From the NCBI GenBank assembly GCA_963843145.1, contig CAWJJC010000022.1, positions 192,001 through 256,000 of the forward strand: a stretch of 64,000 bases of DNA, read 5' to 3'. The translations under genes were made by a program, and so were the position numbers. Under the pieces are notes generated by a model, which worked only from the letters and a program-made list of their open reading frames with translations, ran no database searches and had not been told where the DNA came from. Source of the stretch: an uncultured delta proteobacterium. GTDB taxonomy: Bacteria > Desulfobacterota > RBG-13-43-22. This document shows, in pieces, positions 1 to 9,816 of this stretch. Numbering within the stretch: position 1 is the stretch's first letter; each line of letters starts with the position of its first letter.

Positions 1-356
1 AGGATATCCCGGACGGCCTCCGGGTAAAAAGGCTTCTGGATATACCCGTTTATCCCTAAGGCCTTGGCCTCTTGGATCCGCTCCTCGCTGCCTTCAGTGG
101 TGATTAACACCACCGGGATATGGCGATAGTTTTCATCCTGCTTCAGCGCCCGGAGCAGTTCCAGACCGTTCATCCGGGGCATGTTGAGGTCCGTCAGGAT
201 GATATCCACCCAGCGGTCGTTTAAGGCCTCCAGGGCCGCCTGCCCGTCCACGGCTTCCCAGCATTCGCCGATTTCAAAACCGGAAAGGGCGACGGTTTTC
301 TTGATCACCATTCGCATGGTTTGCGAATCATCGACGATCAACACATTATAAGCCAT
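1..356 (-). CDS. cheY: CheY-like single-domain response regulator (3' end runs off window)
   Basis: Manual translation MAYNVLIVDDSQTMRMVIKK...IILTDLNMPRMNGLELL...VVLITTEG...YIQKPF; receiver motifs; last gene of che cluster in window. Confidence 0.85.
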   Translation of the reverse strand, partial: MAYNVLIVDDSQTMRMVIKKTVALSGFEIGECWEAVDGQAALEALNDRWVDIILTDLNMPRMNGLELLRALKQDENYRHIPVVLITTEGSEERIQEAKALGINGYIQKPFYPEAVRDI

Positions 357-470
357 GATCCTTCTCCGAGTACCTGCTTTTGCTTTAAAAGGTTCCTACC
401 ATCCGGGGTGAATTCTCTCTGGGATTGGAAGCGGCCGGACCTCAGAAGAAAAGGTTCGCCGTCCTATCTC

Positions 471-1322
471 TTAGTTCACCTCCAGCCAGGATTGGACTAC
501 CTGTAGACGGTCATTAAGCTGAACAATACATTTTTCCAAGTCTTTTTCTCGGAGGCGGAAATGCTTCATAATCTCCGGGTCCCCTTCATAGTACAGGCCG
601 TCTGAACCGCCGCCGATGCCGGTGATCAGGGCCATGCAGTTGGCCAAATGGATCAGGGCCACTAGGTCCGGATCATCTCCCCGGCACAGCCAGGGCGCAT
701 GATGGTATCGAACCGCCTCGATTATGGAGTGGGGGAACCTCCATTTTTCGGCAATCAGTCCCCCCAGTTCGGCATGGTCCATTCCTAACACCTCCCGCTC
801 CGCCGCAATAAACGAATAGCCCTTTTCCCTGACCAAGGTCTTGATCTTCTCGAAGGTCTCCCGCACAAAGGCGCTGAGGACCACTTTGCCCATGTCGTGG
901 AGCAGGGCGGCCGTAAACTGGGTAGCGCTGGGCTCCCGATGTATATGCTGGGCGACAATTTCGGTCAGGATGGCGCAGCTTACCGAATGTTTCCACAAAG
1001 CCCCGGTGTCCAGGTTGTATCCCTGGCAGGGACGGACCAGAACGCCCTGGAAGGAACGGTTTAAAATGATCTGCATTAAAGTATTAAAACCAACGAACAC
1101 CAGAGCTTCTTTTAAGGAATGGACCTGGCGACGGAGGTTGAAGTAGGCGGAATTACAGACCTTCAGCACCTGAGAGGTGACCCCCTGATCGTATTGGATG
1201 ATTTCTACCACGTCCTGGGCGGAACTCCGAGGATCGTTGATGGACTGCAAGGCCCGGAGAATGATCGCCGGGAAAGGCGGAAGTTGGTCGATGGACTGAA
1301 CGATCAAGGCGATCCGGTTCAT
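471..1322 (-). CDS. HDOD domain protein
   Basis: IDQLPPFP, DQGVTSQVLKVCNSAYF, LWKHSV, ALLHDMGK, DHAELGGLIAEKWRFP motifs. Confidence 0.9.
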   Translation of the reverse strand: MNRIALIVQSIDQLPPFPAIILRALQSINDPRSSAQDVVEIIQYDQGVTSQVLKVCNSAYFNLRRQVHSLKEALVFVGFNTLMQIILNRSFQGVLVRPCQGYNLDTGALWKHSVSCAILTEIVAQHIHREPSATQFTAALLHDMGKVVLSAFVRETFEKIKTLVREKGYSFIAAEREVLGMDHAELGGLIAEKWRFPHSIIEAVRYHHAPWLCRGDDPDLVALIHLANCMALITGIGGGSDGLYYEGDPEIMKHFRLREKDLEKCIVQLNDRLQVVQSWLEVN

Positions 1323-1798
1323 AATTCGGTTTCTCCTTCCCCCGAGGTCTTCAGCCAGACCTGGCCGGTGGCCATCTCCAGGCGCATCGTCCGGTTGACC
1401 ATCCCACCTACATGTTCCGCCTTGATCAGAACGTTATTGCGCCATAATATCTTTCGCATGGCCGCATAGTTGCGTTTGCCGATATTAAAGAAACCGGCGT
1501 TATCCATAATTTGGGACCCGCCAGCCACCTTAACGATCATTCGTCCTTTTTCCGCCCCCAATTTATAGGATTCCTTAAAAAGCAGGGGGATCCCCGTGTC
1601 GGCAAACATCCAGGGATTACGCCTGGCCTTCTCCGGGTCGATCTGGGATTCCGGCAGCATCATATGCAGGAGTCCCCCCACCTTGGCGAGAGGATCAAAC
1701 ACCGCCACCCCGATGCAGGACCCCAGGGCATAAGTAATCAGGGTAGCGTCGGGGTTCTTGGTAACCTTCAGGTCAGCGATTTCTACTACGAGGCGCAC
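1319..1798 (-). CDS. cheD: Chemoreceptor glutamine deamidase CheD
   Basis: TYALGSCIGV, GGLLHMMLP, KVAGGS, IGKRN, HVGG motifs. Confidence 0.95.
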   Translation of the reverse strand: MRLVVEIADLKVTKNPDATLITYALGSCIGVAVFDPLAKVGGLLHMMLPESQIDPEKARRNPWMFADTGIPLLFKESYKLGAEKGRMIVKVAGGSQIMDNAGFFNIGKRNYAAMRKILWRNNVLIKAEHVGGMVNRTMRLEMATGQVWLKTSGEGETEL

Positions 1799-1810
1799 GC
1801 AAAAAAGTCC

Positions 1811-2674
1811 TTATTTTTTATAGATGGCCGGTTTAACATATTTAAAGGGGTGCGGAATGCCGGTCAAGCTCTCGGAGTGGCCAATAAAAAGGACGCCCTC
1901 CGGGCCCAGGCATTGGTAAAAACGGTTCACCAAGGTTTCCTGGGTTTTTTTGTCAAAATAGATCATCACATTGCGGCAAAAAATACAATCAAAGGGTTCC
2001 TGGAAAGGAAAAGGTTCCATCAAGTTAAACCGTTTGAATTCCACGGGGTCTCTTAATCGATTTTTGACTTTTATATATTCCCGCCATTGCTGGTCCCCCT
2101 TTAAAAAGTATTTTTTAATCAGCGGGGAGGGGAGATTGCGAATTCGGTCCTGCTCGTAGATCCCGGCCATGGCCTTTTTCAATACTTTGGTGGAGAGGTC
2201 CGTGGCCAAAATTTTGATTTTCCATTTTTCAGGATGCGCCAACCCCTCCAGCAAGGTGATGGAAATGGAATAGACTTCTTCCCCGGAAGAGCAACCGGCG
2301 CTCCAGAGGCGGATTTGCGGGTCCCGGCCTTTCCGGGTCGCCGTCCATTGGGGGAGCAGTTCATTTTTCAGGTAGTCAAAATGGCTTTGTTCCCGGAAAA
2401 AACTGGTCAGGTTGGTGGAAATAGAGTCCAGGAGAAACACCAGTTCCTCTCCCGAGTTGTCCTCGACCACGTACCGGTAATAATCCCGGAAGGACTTAAA
2501 CCGGCCCTGCCGGACCCGCTTGCTTAGTCGGGCCTTGATCAGCTCCTTTTTGCCGTCATGAAGCGAGATCCCGCTTTGCTCATACACCAGGCGGCTGAAT
2601 TGTTCGAAGTCAACCTGGGTTAGTTCAAATTCGGAAACCGGTTGTTGCTGATTAGGCAAACACGGACTCCTCAT
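1811..2674 (-). CDS. cheR: Chemotaxis methyltransferase CheR
   Basis: STNLTSFFRE, WSAGCSSGEE, ILATDLS, IFCRNVMIYFD, GHSESL. Confidence 0.95.
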   Translation of the reverse strand: MRSPCLPNQQQPVSEFELTQVDFEQFSRLVYEQSGISLHDGKKELIKARLSKRVRQGRFKSFRDYYRYVVEDNSGEELVFLLDSISTNLTSFFREQSHFDYLKNELLPQWTATRKGRDPQIRLWSAGCSSGEEVYSISITLLEGLAHPEKWKIKILATDLSTKVLKKAMAGIYEQDRIRNLPSPLIKKYFLKGDQQWREYIKVKNRLRDPVEFKRFNLMEPFPFQEPFDCIFCRNVMIYFDKKTQETLVNRFYQCLGPEGVLFIGHSESLTGIPHPFKYVKPAIYKK

Positions 2675-3155
2675 CCGCCGATAGAACCCGGTCGATATCC
2701 AACAGGATTTTAACCTGTCCCTTGACCTTGGCCAGACCCAGGATATAATCCGTATTGAGCGCGCTGCCGAGGTTCGGGGTGGGTTCGATGTCTTCTCCGG
2801 AAATATTCAAAACCTCGGAAACCGAATCCACTATTATCCCGATGGGGATGGACCCGCCACTGCCCAAAATTTCCACTACGATAATACAGGTCCGATCGGT
2901 GTAGTCCTCCTCCATGATTCCGAATTTGGACCGCAGCGAAATCACCGGGATGACTTTACCGCGCAGATTGATCACCCCCTTGATATGCTCCGGTGTGCGG
3001 GGAACCGAGGTGATCTCCAGAATACCGATGATTTCCCGGACCTTCAGGATCCCTATCCCGTATTCTTCCTGTCCCAGGGTAAAAGTTAAGTATTTCCCTT
3101 CTTTTCCTTTAAGGCCCTGATTAAGGCCTTCCATTTTTCTGGCTGCTTCTGCCAT
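2652..3155 (-). CDS. cheW: Chemotaxis coupling protein CheW
   Basis: YLTFTLGQEEYGI, GVINLRGKVIPVI, GIIVDSVSEV. Confidence 0.95.
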   Translation of the reverse strand: MAEAARKMEGLNQGLKGKEGKYLTFTLGQEEYGIGILKVREIIGILEITSVPRTPEHIKGVINLRGKVIPVISLRSKFGIMEEDYTDRTCIIVVEILGSGGSIPIGIIVDSVSEVLNISGEDIEPTPNLGSALNTDYILGLAKVKGQVKILLDIDRVLSADEESVFA

Positions 3156-3224
3156 TTTTACCCCCCGCTCTACCCGCCCGACCTTTTAAAAAGGCGGGGA
3201 GGATAAGTTAACAATTTGATCTGG

Positions 3225-4862
3225 TTAAAACTCTTTGAAATCTTCCTCATCCAAAGGAATTACCTGGCTGGGAGGGATTTCCCGCCCCGGCGTCGGGATT
3301 AGTCCTTTGGGCGTCGTCCGAGGCAAAGGTGCGGGGAATCGATTGGACCCGGCCGCCTTTGCCGCAGGCTGGCGGTGGCCGTTTTGTCCGGTTTTGAACA
3401 TGGCCATAATGGAGGCCAGTTCTTCGGCCCCGGCGGCGTTCTGCTGGGTTACTTTATTCATTTCCGCGACGGCCTGGTTGATCTGTTCCAAACCCTGGGA
3501 CTGTTCCCGGGTGGCCGCAGCCATTTCTGCTATCAAGTCTTTGACCTTACCGGAATTTATGGTCGCCTCGCCGAAATTCTTATTGGTCAGGGTGACCACC
3601 CCGACACCGCCCTGGATTTTTTTAACGATGTCCTCGATCAAGGTGGAGGTATTCCGGGCCGCCTCCGCGGCCCGCATGGCCAGATTGCGAACCTCATCGG
3701 CCACCACCGCGAATCCTGCTCCCGCTTCCCCGGCTCGAGCCGCCTCCACGGCGGCGTTCAGGGCCAGCAGATTGGTCTGGAAGGCGATTTCGTCGATGGT
3801 TTTGATGATTTTCTGGGTCTGTTCACTGGACGAGGCGATGTCCTTCATCGATTGGGTCAATTCCGTCATGGAAACACTGGTTTTGTCCATTAATTGGTTA
3901 TTGTCGGTAATCAGGGTATTGGCTTGGTCGGCGTTCTCGGCGTTTTGCTTGGTCATGGAGGACATTTCCTCCAGGGAAGAGGAGGTTTCTTCAATGGAGG
4001 CCGCCTGTTCGGAAGCCGCTCCCGATAAGCCCTGAGACATAGCCACGGATTGCCCCACCGCCTCGCCGAATTTTTGCCGCATTTCATTGATTGCCGCGGA
4101 CAATTCCCCAATCTCGTCTCGGGAATTGACCTGCACCTCCTGGGTCAGATCCCCTTGGGCGATTAGTTGCACCGTATGATTGGCTCGGTTGATCGGCCCG
4201 GTGATGGCACGGGCCAAATAAATGTTGATCCCCAACGACAGGACGATGGCGGCGATCAGGACCAGCGTAAAAAAGAATACCGTCTGGTCAAAACCTTTTA
4301 ATGCCCGATCATACTGCTCCTGACTGGCCTTGTCCTGGATATCCAGTATTTCCTGAAGCGTTTTGTTCAGGAGTTGAAATTTTTCCTCCAGCGAGCTGCT
4401 CACCATCATGGCGGCCGAATTGACGTCTGCGGAAGACATATCGATGGCGTCCAGGGCCACCTTTTGATAGGCCTTTAATTGATCCAAGGCGGTTTGCAGT
4501 TTTTTCTTTTCCTCCGCCTCCAGACCGGGCCGCTGCACCAGTTTATCGATCGAGGCCAAGTTTTTCCCCAGCGCAGCTCCCTGGGCTTTTTCCAGCTCTT
4601 CCACCCGGGTTTTGTTGGTATTGGTGTTAATCCAATTCATCAGTTTATTCACATTGCCGTGGATGGTGCCGACGTCCTGCAAAATTTTAGCGAAGGCCTG
4701 GTAGTCCCTGAATTCCACCTGGTAGATATCAGACAAAGCTTTTTTTTGTCCAACCAGCCCCCGGTAAGCCATGCCGGCCAGAACCAGCACAAATAGAATC
4801 ACCACCAGGGGGCCGACCAAGAGTTTTTTCATCATGGATAAGCGGTTGATTAACTGAAACAT
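3225..4862 (-). CDS. Methyl-accepting chemotaxis protein (2 TM, periplasmic helical sensor, HAMP, C-terminal pentapeptide DFKEF)
   Basis: [37 protein letters not shown] hairpin tip; two hydrophobic segments; RDEIGEL HAMP. Confidence 0.95.
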   Translation of the reverse strand: MFQLINRLSMMKKLLVGPLVVILFVLVLAGMAYRGLVGQKKALSDIYQVEFRDYQAFAKILQDVGTIHGNVNKLMNWINTNTNKTRVEELEKAQGAALGKNLASIDKLVQRPGLEAEEKKKLQTALDQLKAYQKVALDAIDMSSADVNSAAMMVSSSLEEKFQLLNKTLQEILDIQDKASQEQYDRALKGFDQTVFFFTLVLIAAIVLSLGINIYLARAITGPINRANHTVQLIAQGDLTQEVQVNSRDEIGELSAAINEMRQKFGEAVGQSVAMSQGLSGAASEQAASIEETSSSLEEMSSMTKQNAENADQANTLITDNNQLMDKTSVSMTELTQSMKDIASSSEQTQKIIKTIDEIAFQTNLLALNAAVEAARAGEAGAGFAVVADEVRNLAMRAAEAARNTSTLIEDIVKKIQGGVGVVTLTNKNFGEATINSGKVKDLIAEMAAATREQSQGLEQINQAVAEMNKVTQQNAAGAEELASIMAMFKTGQNGHRQPAAKAAGSNRFPAPLPRTTPKGLIPTPGREIPPSQVIPLDEEDFKEF

Positions 4863-5040
4863 ACCTACCTCCCTACGAATGGTGGGGAAGCCGAATCCCG
4901 CAACGGTCCGGCCCCCCCCCGCGCCGGTCTTTACTTGTAAATCCCGCAGCCCACCAATAGATCCCCATGTTTTTCAAGGTACATCGACTTGGGCTCGATC
5001 TTTTTAGTCAGGGGATTGGTGAATTTATAATCCTGCCGGA

Positions 5041-7266
5041 TCAATTCTTATGCAATTCAAAAATCCCGTTGATGTCCAAAATCAGCCCGACCCGACCGTC
5101 GCCCATGATCGCTCCGCCGGCCAGCCCTTTAACCTCTCTGAATTTTTCCCCCAGGGTTTTGATAACCACTTCCTGTTTGCCCACCAGGTCGTCCACCATT
5201 AGGCAGCGTTGTTGACCTTCGTTTTCCACCACCACCACCAGCGCCTCCCAGGGATCCTGCCGCTGGGGGACCACCCCCAGCAGACCATAGAGCCGAACCA
5301 GAGGCAGCAGCAGGTTTCGAACGTTGACCACTTCGCCCCGGCTTTGGATGGTGGATACATCCGTTTGCAGGGGTCGAAAGGTTTCTTTAATAGCCACGGT
5401 GGGGATAATGTAGCGCTCCTGCCCGATACGGACGATAATGCCGTCCATGATGGCCAGGGTCAACGGGACCCGGATGCTGAAGCGGCAGCCCTTTCCTTCC
5501 TCGGAGAAGACTTCCACTCGCCCTTTCAATTTTTCAATGGCCCTTTTGACCACGTCCATCCCCACTCCGCGTCCGGAAACATCGGTAATCTTTTCAGCCG
5601 TGGAGAAACCGGGCTCGAAAATCAAATTGTCGATCAGGTGGTTGGTCAATAGGGCGTCCTCAGGAATCAGGCCTCGCTCCCGGGCCTTGGCCAGGATCCG
5701 TTCCCGGTTCAACCCCTGCCCATCATCCTCAATCTCGATAACGATATTGCCTCCTTTTTGAAAGGCCTGCAAAACAAGTTGCCCAGCCTCGGCTTTGCCC
5801 GATTCCCGGCGTTTCGACGGCGATTCGATGCCGTGATCAACGGAGTTGCGGATCATGTGAACCAGGGGATCGTAAAGGGCCTCGACCATATTCCGGTCGA
5901 TCTCGGTTTCCTCTCCGAACATGTTCAATTCCACCTGTTTTTCCGATTTTCTGGCCAAGTCCCGCACCAAACGAATCATCTTCTGAAAGGTCTGGCGGAT
6001 GGGAATCATCCGCAACGACATTGAAATCTTTTGCATTTCAGCGGTGATTCTTTTCAGTTGGGCGAAATCGCGGGAAAGCTTGGGATCGTTCAGAGAGGAC
6101 ACCGTCGGATTTTGCTGCACCAGGGTCTCGGCGATGACCAGTTCACCCACCATGTCCACCAGATTGTCCAGTTTGTGGGTATCCACCTTGACGGTGGTTT
6201 CGGCAAACTCTCCGGCGATTTTTTTTTGATCCCGGAGGGCCTCGATGACCTGTTTGGGTTTAATTTTTTCCTCGGCAACTAAAATCTCCCCCAATTTTTT
6301 TAGGGGTGGTTGGTCACTCTGGACCCTAAGGGCCTCCTGGACATCCGCCGAGGTAATGAATCCTTTGGAGGTCAATAATTCCCCCATCCGGGGGGGGGCG
6401 GTATCCTCGTCTCCCTTGGGCCGGAGGGCCGCCGGCGATTCGGTCGCGCCCTGCTGCAACCATTCGATTTTTTCGAAATAAGGAGCCAGGTCGAATTCCG
6501 CGTGGCCGATTTGTCCGGCTTCAATATTGGCCCGCAAATCAAAGATCATTTTTTTCAGGAGATCGACGGCCTCTAAGATGAAGTCCACCATTTTCTGATT
6601 GATGGCTAATTTTTCGTTGCGAACGTTATCCAGCAACGACTCCACCCCATGAGAAAAGCGGTGAATGTCCTTGAGATTCAGAAAACCGGAAACCCCTTTC
6701 AGAGTGTGAAAGGGGCGAAAGATGGCATTGATGGTTTCTTTGTCTCCCGGAGACTGTTCGAGGTTGATCAGGTTCACTTCAATGGTATCTAAGTGTTCTA
6801 ACCCCTCGGAAATGAAGTCCCGGTAGAGTTCCAGGTCCTGGGCCACAGAAAAGGCCTCATCCGGAGTTTCTTCCTGAGGGGAAGATGGTTTTTCCTCTTC
6901 CAGAGAAGACGCTTTTTCACCGGCAATCGGCCTCAGCAGTTCCCAAAAGGCCTCCTCTTCAGGGGTCGAGGGTCCGGGCTTGCCGTCTCGAACTTGGGCC
7001 TGAAGGACCTTTACCCCCCGGTTCAGGAGTTCCGAGGCCTTATTCGAATCAGGGAGTTCAGTCAAAATCAGTTTTTCCACCAGGTTCTTGAGGCCTTGAG
7101 CGATGGCAGTCGTCGATTTTAATCCTGATTCCACGGCTGTTATCGTTAGTTTTTCCAGTAGCTCCAACAGGGAACCCAGACCCATGATGTCTTCAGGGTC
7201 CACCAGAACCGTTAGAACGGCTATCTGTTCCACCGTCTCGTTTAATTGCTGCAGATGTTCCGTCAT
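5041..7266 (-). CDS. cheA: Chemotaxis histidine kinase CheA with MshEN-like insert
   Basis: Hpt IFRPFHTLKG, LVHMIRNSVDHGIE, DDGQG, FEPGFST, SGRGVGMDVV, C-terminal CheW domain; likely start MTEHLQ at 7266 after AAGGGG. Confidence 0.95.
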   Translation of the reverse strand: MTEHLQQLNETVEQIAVLTVLVDPEDIMGLGSLLELLEKLTITAVESGLKSTTAIAQGLKNLVEKLILTELPDSNKASELLNRGVKVLQAQVRDGKPGPSTPEEEAFWELLRPIAGEKASSLEEEKPSSPQEETPDEAFSVAQDLELYRDFISEGLEHLDTIEVNLINLEQSPGDKETINAIFRPFHTLKGVSGFLNLKDIHRFSHGVESLLDNVRNEKLAINQKMVDFILEAVDLLKKMIFDLRANIEAGQIGHAEFDLAPYFEKIEWLQQGATESPAALRPKGDEDTAPPRMGELLTSKGFITSADVQEALRVQSDQPPLKKLGEILVAEEKIKPKQVIEALRDQKKIAGEFAETTVKVDTHKLDNLVDMVGELVIAETLVQQNPTVSSLNDPKLSRDFAQLKRITAEMQKISMSLRMIPIRQTFQKMIRLVRDLARKSEKQVELNMFGEETEIDRNMVEALYDPLVHMIRNSVDHGIESPSKRRESGKAEAGQLVLQAFQKGGNIVIEIEDDGQGLNRERILAKARERGLIPEDALLTNHLIDNLIFEPGFSTAEKITDVSGRGVGMDVVKRAIEKLKGRVEVFSEEGKGCRFSIRVPLTLAIMDGIIVRIGQERYIIPTVAIKETFRPLQTDVSTIQSRGEVVNVRNLLLPLVRLYGLLGVVPQRQDPWEALVVVVENEGQQRCLMVDDLVGKQEVVIKTLGEKFREVKGLAGGAIMGDGRVGLILDINGIFELHKN

Positions 7267-7381
7267 ATTTTCCCCTTGTGAAGGCCGATATCTTTTTAAC
7301 GGTGGGGACGCTGCCACACTGAATACTGATCGGAGAAATATTCTTGAAACTTGATAAATTTATTGAACTGTTTGGATAGTT

Positions 7382-7397
7382 AGCAAATTCAATGCCA
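7382..7397 (-). promoter_or_regulatory. sigma54 promoter of che operon
   Basis: Minus strand TGGCATTGAATTTGCT = GG-N10-GC, about 115 bp upstream of cheA. Confidence 0.75.
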
Positions 7398-7765
7398 TAG
7401 AAAACCGCAAACTAACAACAACCTCCGGCCTGGAAATTGGAAGGCCGGGAAGATCTTCGGGCGACCTTTTAACCGTCTGGAATGTAACCTATTTTGGCAA
7501 CAGGTTCCTCCTCTCCCGGGAGCTCCTCGGAAACGGCAACCAGCCGGTCACCCCGAGGGTTCCCGTCAAAAAGCTACCGGTACCCGTCTGAATATTGCCG
7601 GTTCAGGAGAGGTCGCCGAGCGTTCGACGTTCAGGATTCGACCAACCAAAGAGGAGGTAAGTCCTTTCCGCTAATCGTCCGGTTTTTCTGTCTGGCAGGT
7701 GTCTTTCAGCCCTTCGACCCCCCGACCGATTGAGTTCTCGAGATCTTCCTTTTTGCACTTTCAGG

Positions 7766-7792
7766 TAAAGTTACCCGAACCGTAACCGATAA
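7766..7792 (+). promoter_or_regulatory. sigma28 (FliA) promoter of flbD-motAB
   Basis: TAAA-N15-ACCGATAA versus consensus TAAA-N15-GCCGATAA. Confidence 0.8.
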
Positions 7793-7815
7793 TCACATTG
7801 AGGAGAAGACAAAAG

Positions 7816-8016
7816 ATGATTCAGGTAACCCGATTAGATCACACGACGTTGATAGTCAATCCGGATTTGATCATATTTATGGAAGAGACACCGGATACCA
7901 TTATCACCCTGTCCAACGGGGATAAAATTATGGTCCAGGAACGGGTGAGCGAGATTATCCGTCGGGTCATCCAATTCCGCCGCAGCATCTTTAATTCCTC
8001 CATTCCGATAGACTAG
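7816..8016 (+). CDS. flbD: Flagellar FlbD/SwrD family protein
   Basis: MIQVTRLD...VNPDLI..MEETPDTIITLSNGDKIMVQE; directly upstream of motA; AGGAG RBS. Confidence 0.9.
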   Translation: MIQVTRLDHTTLIVNPDLIIFMEETPDTIITLSNGDKIMVQERVSEIIRRVIQFRRSIFNSSIPID

Positions 8017-8028
8017 TTAGCGGAGCGT

Positions 8029-8808
8029 ATGGACAAAGCATCATTAATCGGCATCCTGCTGGGCGTCGGGGCGGTCATCGGGGGGATGGTTTTGGAAGGC
8101 GGCCACCTCGGTTCCATCATGCAGCTCACTGCCGCCATCATCGTCATGGGGGGGACCTTTGGGGCCGTATTCCTGAGCTTTCCCTTTGAGGCGGTCTTGA
8201 CAGGCTTCAAGGACCTAAAAAGAATTTTTATAGAACCGGCCCTCAACCCTTTTCAGTATATCGACCTGATTATCAGTTTTGCCAATAAGGCGCGAAAAGA
8301 GGGGATCCTTTCTCTGGAAAGAGAGATCAAGAACATCGAGCACCCTTTTATGAAGAAGGCCCTGACCATGGCCGTCGACGGGGTGGAACCCAAGATCATG
8401 CGCGAAGCCATGGAAACCGAACTGGCCTACATGGATGAATATGGGAAGTTAAGCGGCAAAGTCTGGCAGGCTGCCGGGGGCTATGCCCCGACCGTCGGGA
8501 TCCTGGGGGCCGTATTAGGGCTTATTCATGTGATGGAGAACTTGAATGACCCCAGCAAACTAGGACCGGGGATCGCCGTGGCCTTCGTGGCTACCGTTTA
8601 CGGCGTGGGTTCGGCCAATTTGTTTTTTCTGCCCATGGCCACCAAATTAACGCACCGTCATCAAGAGGGTTTAGTGATCAACGAAATGATCCTGGAGGGG
8701 GTGGTGGCCTTGTCCACCGGGGAAAACCCCCGGCTGATTGAAGAAAAACTCACCACTTATCTATCGGAACACCAGAAAAATAAAAACCCGAGCCCGAAAA
8801 AGGAATAA
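8029..8808 (+). CDS. motA: Flagellar stator MotA
   Basis: ARKEGILSLE, YAPTVGILGAVLGLI, AFVATVYGV, GENPRLIEEKL. Confidence 0.95.
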   Translation: MDKASLIGILLGVGAVIGGMVLEGGHLGSIMQLTAAIIVMGGTFGAVFLSFPFEAVLTGFKDLKRIFIEPALNPFQYIDLIISFANKARKEGILSLEREIKNIEHPFMKKALTMAVDGVEPKIMREAMETELAYMDEYGKLSGKVWQAAGGYAPTVGILGAVLGLIHVMENLNDPSKLGPGIAVAFVATVYGVGSANLFFLPMATKLTHRHQEGLVINEMILEGVVALSTGENPRLIEEKLTTYLSEHQKNKNPSPKKE

Positions 8809-8822
8809 TAAGGATATCCATT

Positions 8823-9653
8823 ATGGCTAAAAAGAAAAAGGCCGAGGAACACGAGAATTTAGAACGGTGGTTGGTTTCTTATGCCGATTTTATTACCCTG
8901 CTCTTCGCTTTTTTTGTGACCATGTATGCCAGCTCCCGGGTGGATGAACAAAAAATGGGATCGGCGGTGGAATCCCTGCAACGGGCACTGGGCGCGGTGA
9001 TCGCCGTGCCGGTCCCCAGCCGACAGGCTGGAGTATTTCATGATTTCAGCACCCCGGTCCAGGTGACCATTGTTCCCATCGGCGCCCCCCACGCCCAAGA
9101 GGTGAATAAGCTGGCTCAGGAGTTGAAGAAAAAAATTGAAGGACCCCAGGGAAAAGGTGGGAAAAAAGCCGGTACCCAGGCCTACCAGGTAAGTTTTTTA
9201 CTTCAGGAGCGGGGACTGGTAATCCGGGTTTCAGACCAGTTTTTTTTCCAGACCGGAGAAGCGGCCATCCGTCCCGAAGTCCAGCCCTTTTTGAAGGTCC
9301 TCGGACAGACATTGCAGGGCTTGGATAATTCCATCCGCATCGAAGGCCATACCGACAATGTCCCGATCAACACCGCACAGTTTCCTTCCAACTGGGAACT
9401 TTCCACGGCCCGGGCGACCACCATCATCCGTTATTTCCTAACCAACTTCCAATTCGACCCTCAAAAACTTTCTGCCGCCGGTTACGGGGAGTTTCGACCG
9501 ATCGCCGCCAATGACACCCCGGAGGGGCGGGATCAAAACCGCCGGGTGGACGTGGTGATCTTGAACAGCCAGGAAAAGAAGAATGAACCGGCGGGCCTGA
9601 TGAAAAAAGAAAAAGAGGCCGCCCGGAGTCACCCCGGCGCTCCCAAGAGTTGA
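8823..9653 (+). CDS. motB: Flagellar stator MotB (OmpA-like C-terminus)
   Basis: WLVSYADFITLLFAFFV, IEGHTDN, SNWELSTARA, NRRVDVVI. Confidence 0.95.
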   Translation: MAKKKKAEEHENLERWLVSYADFITLLFAFFVTMYASSRVDEQKMGSAVESLQRALGAVIAVPVPSRQAGVFHDFSTPVQVTIVPIGAPHAQEVNKLAQELKKKIEGPQGKGGKKAGTQAYQVSFLLQERGLVIRVSDQFFFQTGEAAIRPEVQPFLKVLGQTLQGLDNSIRIEGHTDNVPINTAQFPSNWELSTARATTIIRYFLTNFQFDPQKLSAAGYGEFRPIAANDTPEGRDQNRRVDVVILNSQEKKNEPAGLMKKEKEAARSHPGAPKS

Positions 9654-9730
9654 TCCCTACCCAATAAAAACCTCAGCCTGGAGGGATTTTTTTTGCCGGG
9701 TCTTCAGCGGCAAAGAAAATATTTTAAGCA

Positions 9731-9756
9731 TTGCGTCCTTAGCGTCTTGGCGGTGA
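9731..9756 (-). repeat. Short intergenic repeat with 9-nt periodicity (copy 1)
   Basis: Minus strand TCACCGCCAAGACGCTAAGGACGCAA; 22/26 identical to 22690-22715. Confidence 0.55.
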
Positions 9757-9816
9757 AAAAATCCTGCAAGTGTTCTCCAACCGAGACCCGCCGCTCGAAA
9801 AACCATGGTCGATTTA

